NCBI GenBank assembly: GCA_977018835.1
Contig: OZ361258.1
Span: 496,001 to 560,000, forward strand
Direction: 5' to 3'
DNA: 64,000 nt
From: Minutocellus sp. GHC0000111
Taxonomy: Eukaryota
Shown here: positions 59,113 through 64,000 of the stretch, one piece after another
How positions within the stretch are numbered: position 1 is the first letter of the stretch
Layout: each line of letters starts with the position of its first letter
Translations under genes and position numbers: made by a program
Notes under the pieces: generated by a model
The model's database searches: none
Seen by the model: only the letters and a program-made list of their open reading frames with translations
Told to the model about the DNA's origin: nothing

Positions 59113-61488
59113 CTAAGCATCGACATTCTTCTGCCCATCCAGTGAGAGATCTGTGTCTACATTGGCCAGCAGACCCTTCTCCTCTTCCGGTGCAGAATGC
59201 ATGGAGGAAATTTCATCCTTTTTCTGCTTCTTGCCTTGCCATTTTGCTTGCAAATGAGCAACATAAGCAACAGCAAGAACGATAATACCTCCCTTGATGG
59301 CATCGAACCAACCGGAAAAGCCTGGCCTTGGAAGTTCTGCTCTTGTGGCCGATGTAGCACCGATTTCATGGTTTCCAAGCGTACCATCATCAATTTCACC
59401 AACAACCGAACTGCCCAGCACGCAGTATCGAGATGGCCGCTTGTCACTGGGCTTCTTACCATACTCCAATATCAAAGCCATTGCCAAGATCTGTACGTCC
59501 TCTCCAATGAAATCAGGGCCCATGTGGGTTCTCATTTGTCTAGCAAACCTCGACGCAGAGTTGTAGGGAGATGGCATCCTCTTCGATACACCATCGTGAG
59601 GATCATCGGGGCATGTTAAGCCCCCTTCGGCAATAGCAGATCCAGCAGCATCCCGTGATCGATAGCCCACTCCCCGACTGACGGCCTTTAGAGAATGGAC
59701 TTCTCCCTCGAGTTTTCTTGGTTTTCTGGCCAGATCGCGATCCTTGTATCGATTCATATATCTTGGATTCGTTATCAAGTGGCGCAGCAGATCTTCGAGC
59801 GCACTGTTGCCTTTACCGAGTAAAGACGTACTGTTCCGATCTGGTAGCCAGCAGACATACGGATTGAAGCCATTGCCGCGATAGATCTTCAGCGGGCACT
59901 TGCTTCCGCCCACCGCGCGCAAACCTTTCTTGGCAATCTTTGCATCCCCAACAATCGTGACAAGCTCCAGGTGATCAGAGAGAGCGTGATGAAATTTGTT
60001 TTCGTGGGTCATACCCTGCCCTCCAAGGTTCTGGCATGTAGGGTTGACCGGAGGTTCTGTCACGCATCGATGCGCAGCTGACTTTACGCTATCGGCCGTA
60101 AACATCTTGTTAAACCCAGGCTCGCTTGGGTCCCAATTGTACAGCGAATAGGACGCTAGAGGGAAGTAGTCGATCCGTAGAAAGCTGGCCAAGAACATGA
60201 CTGACGAAACTGCGGAGAGTAACCATGCCCACGCTTTCATGCTCGAGGATGCCTTCGATGGATTGGGCCGTTCCTTTGGAGGTTGAGGCCACTTGCACGT
60301 CACAGTGCAGCCACCTCCTGCCTTGCTGTTCTCAACCCGTGGCAATATGTGACCCCAATCAACGATTAGAGAGTAAGTCATTGCCTGCATAAGGAAGTTA
60401 GGATTCATCAGGAGGAAGATGCCAAGGTGAAACATTGCCCAACTGAAAACAGCATATGGCCGCCAACGAGGTGATATGAGAGCTGCTACGGCAAACAGCT
60501 CGCCGACGACGCTGGATGTGGCCAAGAAGGTTGGAAGGAATGTTATCTGTTCCGTTACAACCTTTTTCAGCCAAGGCAAGCGCGTCCTCTGGTTGCGAAT
60601 CGAATAACCGATTGTTGAACCCGAAAGCCATTTCCAGCCCCATGTAGCTGTCTTGTGGACGCCTGCAAAGAACATCACCAACACTGCCTGGACCAGCAGG
60701 AGCTTGCGAGCTGCACCGCCTACGGATGGATCTCCCTTCTGCCATGGCGTTTCTTTTGCGCTGCCTCTTGTAGAACCGGTGACACGTCTATAAATGCGTG
60801 AGAGCAGCCAATCGACTGACCACCGATCAACGAGGTTGTTCTCGGCGAAGCATAGGCATATGAGTGCGACCGCTGGAAGATTCGGCGAGTGTCCAGGCGC
60901 ATCTCCCCAAGCGGCGTGACCCAGAGAAACCATAAAGAACCAGATTGCCGCCGCGACAACACGAGGCACCCGACCTGCGAAACCTACGCAGGAACAAAGT
61001 AGCGCCAGCCGCAGAGTCCACGCCAGTGTGTCGCAGGGTATCGTCTCAGGATCTTCCATCGAGGCAAAAAAGAAATTGCCGAGGATTCCCGCGTCGACCT
61101 TCATCTGAAAGTTCAGTTCGCGGTAGAAGACAAGACTGGCCGCCTTCTCCCGACAAGTTGATGCCCGAAAGTGATACGTAGCGCCGGACGTCCAAAAGTT
61201 TTTCCCCCAATTGATATTGAAGAAGAGGAATCCGTAGTAAAAGATGCGAAGAGGTCCCGACAGCGGCGGCAGATCGCAGTACCAGAACTTGACCAGGGAA
61301 GTCGTGGCCCGGTTCGACCAGGATTCGTTGCCGGAATGCTCCCGTTCTGCGGGTGGTGTCGGGTTCTGCGAACTGACATCCAACAAGAACGCACGGGCGG
61401 GAGAATTTCCCGATACATCTTGCTGCTGCTGCGAGGATGGCTGTTCCTTGGCCCGCTTTGTAGCTTTACGTCGTGTAGGTGTGTTCAT
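59113..61488 (-). CDS. HTTM-like polytopic membrane protein with a large soluble domain
   Basis: WSVDWLL, LVMFFAGVHK..WLSGSTI, FHLGIFLLM, YFPLASYSLY and a C-terminal TM helix. Confidence 0.6.
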   Translation of the reverse strand: MNTPTRRKATKRAKEQPSSQQQQDVSGNSPARAFLLDVSSQNPTPPAEREHSGNESWSNRATTSLVKFWYCDLPPLSGPLRIFYYGFLFFNINWGKNFWTSGATYHFRASTCREKAASLVFYRELNFQMKVDAGILGNFFFASMEDPETIPCDTLAWTLRLALLCSCVGFAGRVPRVVAAAIWFFMVSLGHAAWGDAPGHSPNLPAVALICLCFAENNLVDRWSVDWLLSRIYRRVTGSTRGSAKETPWQKGDPSVGGAARKLLLVQAVLVMFFAGVHKTATWGWKWLSGSTIGYSIRNQRTRLPWLKKVVTEQITFLPTFLATSSVVGELFAVAALISPRWRPYAVFSWAMFHLGIFLLMNPNFLMQAMTYSLIVDWGHILPRVENSKAGGGCTVTCKWPQPPKERPNPSKASSSMKAWAWLLSAVSSVMFLASFLRIDYFPLASYSLYNWDPSEPGFNKMFTADSVKSAAHRCVTEPPVNPTCQNLGGQGMTHENKFHHALSDHLELVTIVGDAKIAKKGLRAVGGSKCPLKIYRGNGFNPYVCWLPDRNSTSLLGKGNSALEDLLRHLITNPRYMNRYKDRDLARKPRKLEGEVHSLKAVSRGVGYRSRDAAGSAIAEGGLTCPDDPHDGVSKRMPSPYNSASRFARQMRTHMGPDFIGEDVQILAMALILEYGKKPSDKRPSRYCVLGSSVVGEIDDGTLGNHEIGATSATRAELPRPGFSGWFDAIKGGIIVLAVAYVAHLQAKWQGKKQKKDEISSMHSAPEEEKGLLANVDTDLSLDGQKNVDA

Positions 61489-61723
61489 TGTGGGGATATC
61501 GATAGCGCCATGGTGGGCATTGTTGCCAGGGAGGACTTCAGGCCTGTAATTGCTTCGTTGCTTCTGGTTGTTCTTTAGCTTAGCAAGTTGGGAATTGCCC
61601 GTTAGTGCGTGCGTATCGAAAGAACCGAAGAACACTGGTATGGTTGGTCTTGTGGTTGCTTCTGCTGCTGCTTGATGGTCTAATTCGTTCTGCGACGCCG
61701 AGGGCGTTTTAGTCGCCCTGAAG

Positions 61724-61762
61724 CGTAGCTACTACGTACGTAGCTAGCTAGTAGTAGCTACG
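61724..61762. promoter_or_regulatory. TA-rich palindrome in a divergent promoter
   Basis: 12-bp perfect inverted repeat cgtagctactac / gtagtagctacg between divergent genes. Confidence 0.5.
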
Positions 61763-61803
61763 TAGCGGCGGACAGACGAGATGTCGCGCATCAGGTGACC
61801 AAC

Positions 61804-62706
61804 ATGCTACTGTCAAAGCTATTGCTACTGCTTTCATGTGCAGCATCATCCGCCGAGACTCTGGGGACAGATGCCGTAATGAATCGGATAAAGACCGCCC
61901 AATGCGCTCTCCAGGTCGACGTAGGACGGATACCTGGTACCGCAATGCCAAAGGACTGGGCGGCATCGGGCGCCCGCCTTGGCTTTTTGCTGGAAGTTGA
62001 ATTTTGTGATGAGCTTCCTTCTGACTATCAAATGACCAAGGAACGCTTGCTTCTTGGGAGAAGTCAAGGTCCAGGTGTTGGACAACAGACGGCAAAAATG
62101 AGATCCGTAGAGCCATTGAATGAGCCGACCTTCATTTCCACAGCTGGGCAGCAAGTCATCAAGGTTACCGAGGGTGCCTACGGTTGCGAAGTGCAAAATA
62201 TGATATCCCAACAGTACGGTTTCCGATTTTTCTTGGATTTTCCAGAAGGAGCTGTCCGAAATGACGTCGAACTCCCTGCCGAACGGATATACTTCATATC
62301 ATCATGTTGGGTGAAAAATGAACCAACCTTCCAACGAGCTCAGAAGCGATACAATGAATTAGAGCAAAGTCTACAAAAGACTCAAGAGGAAATATCAAAG
62401 CTCGAATCCAAATCGACTGGTATCATTGGAAAGGCAATGTCTCTTCGACAAATGACATTATTGGTGGAAAAGAAGCAAGGCATCGAGGCGCAGCTCTATC
62501 AACTTGAGCAAATATATCCCCTACAAGAAACAACACGGCAAGAGCTCTTGGATGGACCGAACGATCTCTTGTTTGTAAAGGAGGGAGTTATTGCCGTGAA
62601 GCGCTTCCGAGGTGCCATGGAGACGCGGGAACAATATCACTGGGTCGGTACCTTTTCCTTTCAAGAGTTCTTTGAGGATTTGGATGAAGAAGATACGCTA
62701 AGGTAG
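61804..62706 (+). CDS. Hypothetical protein with a signal peptide and a coiled-coil insert
   Basis: MLLSKLLLLLSCAASSA, GRIPGTAMPKDWAASGARL, RFFLDFPEGAVRNDV and VGTF. Confidence 0.75.
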   Translation: MLLSKLLLLLSCAASSAETLGTDAVMNRIKTAQCALQVDVGRIPGTAMPKDWAASGARLGFLLEVEFCDELPSDYQMTKERLLLGRSQGPGVGQQTAKMRSVEPLNEPTFISTAGQQVIKVTEGAYGCEVQNMISQQYGFRFFLDFPEGAVRNDVELPAERIYFISSCWVKNEPTFQRAQKRYNELEQSLQKTQEEISKLESKSTGIIGKAMSLRQMTLLVEKKQGIEAQLYQLEQIYPLQETTRQELLDGPNDLLFVKEGVIAVKRFRGAMETREQYHWVGTFSFQEFFEDLDEEDTLR

Positions 62707-62736
62707 ACCAAATGCCATTCATACAGCGGTATGCTA

Positions 62737-64000
62737 TTACATTAGCCCTCCATGACGGATAGTGGCATACGCCGAGACCAACTCATCTACCTGCTTCAAT
62801 AGAAGATCATCAGGATCAACATCATTGTCCTCGATTACCTCCCCGTCCTTTGCTGCCAGTGAGCTTCCAGTCACCATTGACTTTAGCCGATGAAGTATCT
62901 GCATGGCAGCAAGCTGATAAAGTCTTATTGTCCTAAGCTCCGATTGGATCAATATCGCAGCGAAATGCTTTGGTGATCCATCGTCATTTTCAAATGCTTC
63001 TTGCAATTCATTACCTTTGAGGCTGTATCGTTCACGAGCCTTTGCCAATGCCTCTGACAATCGTTCGAGAGCTTTGCATTCCGATTCCAGCTCTTTTTCT
63101 TCGTCTCCTTCGCCTTCGGCATCTTCGCCCTCCTCGCCATTAATTCCTCCATACATCATCATGTCAAAGTCATCGGCATCGCCGTCGCCTCCTTCTTCTT
63201 CTTCGTCACATTGATTTAGGAATGCTTCCATGTCGTCCATTCCTGACACCTCCTCTTGCTCATCATTGTTGGCTTCCTCGCTTCCATCTGTTTCCTGAAA
63301 CATTTCCAACATGCGGGCAAATTTGCCATAGGTGTACGATTTTGGCCCGGCTCGTAGCTCCACCATTGGACCACCATCCTTCAATGATAGCTCAACCAAG
63401 TCGTTTGAGGAGCCATCAGGCTCCAAATTATTGGGGATAGAGAATCCGTATCGACTCAACAATTGGGAATTGCCCTTGGCTCCGTACGTATCATGTATGG
63501 TCGATCCTGAAGACAAATCACGATCGGCCACAACCTCAATGTAGGCAATAGCTGAACTGTCTTCTTCTTCTTGGTCGTCGACGTCGGAACTTCGTTTGTA
63601 CCTCACATCCTTCTTGGCATCGGTACCTCGTCGATGGTCGAGCAAATCCAACAAGGGGACCATCGCATCGGACTGACCATCATTTGATCCCAAACCAGCA
63701 AATCCACGGGAAGAAACAGCAGCAAACATGTCATCAAATTGATTGTACGAGGGAAATTCGCAAGATGACATATCGCCAGCGCTATTGACCTTGGTCCATG
63801 CAGTTGAAATGACAGCGTAATCACTCTTCAGAGCTGCTTGTTCCTTTCGAACATGAGTCAGGAGCGATGTCCCGCCGAGCAGTGATTCCAGTTCCTTGTC
63901 GTCCCAGCGACGAGGTATGTTGTCGTAGGATGAAGGTGGGGGGAGAGTGGCAAGGTAGGCTGCATGGCCACTGGCCGAGTTGTCTCCAAAGGAGGCCATG
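62737..64000 (-). CDS. SET-domain lysine methyltransferase (Rubisco LSMT/SETD3-like); 5' end outside the window
   Basis: YLATLP, AVSSRGF, MVPLLDLLDH and TYGAKGNSQLLSRYGF. Confidence 0.85.
   Translation of the reverse strand, partial: MASFGDNSASGHAAYLATLPPPSSYDNIPRRWDDKELESLLGGTSLLTHVRKEQAALKSDYAVISTAWTKVNSAGDMSSCEFPSYNQFDDMFAAVSSRGFAGLGSNDGQSDAMVPLLDLLDHRRGTDAKKDVRYKRSSDVDDQEEEDSSAIAYIEVVADRDLSSGSTIHDTYGAKGNSQLLSRYGFSIPNNLEPDGSSNDLVELSLKDGGPMVELRAGPKSYTYGKFARMLEMFQETDGSEEANNDEQEEVSGMDDMEAFLNQCDEEEEGGDGDADDFDMMMYGGINGEEGEDAEGEGDEEKELESECKALERLSEALAKARERYSLKGNELQEAFENDDGSPKHFAAILIQSELRTIRLYQLAAMQILHRLKSMVTGSSLAAKDGEVIEDNDVDPDDLLLKQVDELVSAYATIRHGGLM

Noticed and set aside
1..64000. CRISPR arrays, rRNA, tRNA, LTR or integrase genes, bacterial contamination
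   Set aside because: No repeat-spacer array or recognisable RNA gene was seen. Bacterial-type genes (RSH, SufS, K+ channel) have eukaryotic targeting presequences and lie among intron-containing genes.

Overview
Gene-dense eukaryotic nuclear DNA, very probably from a diatom. The evidence is short GT-AG introns, DUF6824 repeats, bipartite signal+ASAF-type plastid presequences, 44-aa PPR repeats and a split HMG box. About 30 genes can be read. They include two ankyrin-like paralogs, two HMG-box proteins, a plastid K+ channel, two kinase-like proteins, a long plastid RelA/SpoT, an ABHD10-like hydrolase, a methyltransferase, NDUFB7, Eaf6, INTS7, Utp14, DNPEP, mL46, Psf1, an M3 peptidase, a PPR protein, DUF1415, a mucin-PDZ membrane protein, SufS, an HTTM-like protein and a SET-domain protein. 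There is also a decayed Helitron. Three things stand out. (1) Roughly a third of the genes carry apparent disabling lesions (nonsense codons, deletions, frameshifts, truncations), including the normally essential Utp14. This suggests a degenerating haplotype or duplicated segment, though assembly error is not excluded. (2) Non-genic and repeat-derived tracts are strongly depleted of TpA, and two repeat pairs each differ by one TpA/TpG or TpA/CpA change. This hints at a RIP-like A-to-G mutator acting on repeats. (3) An intron-containing SF2 ATPase resembles bacterial Z1-domain restriction/defence helicases and lies next to a cluster of hairpins. All calls come from reading motifs by eye; no database searches were run.
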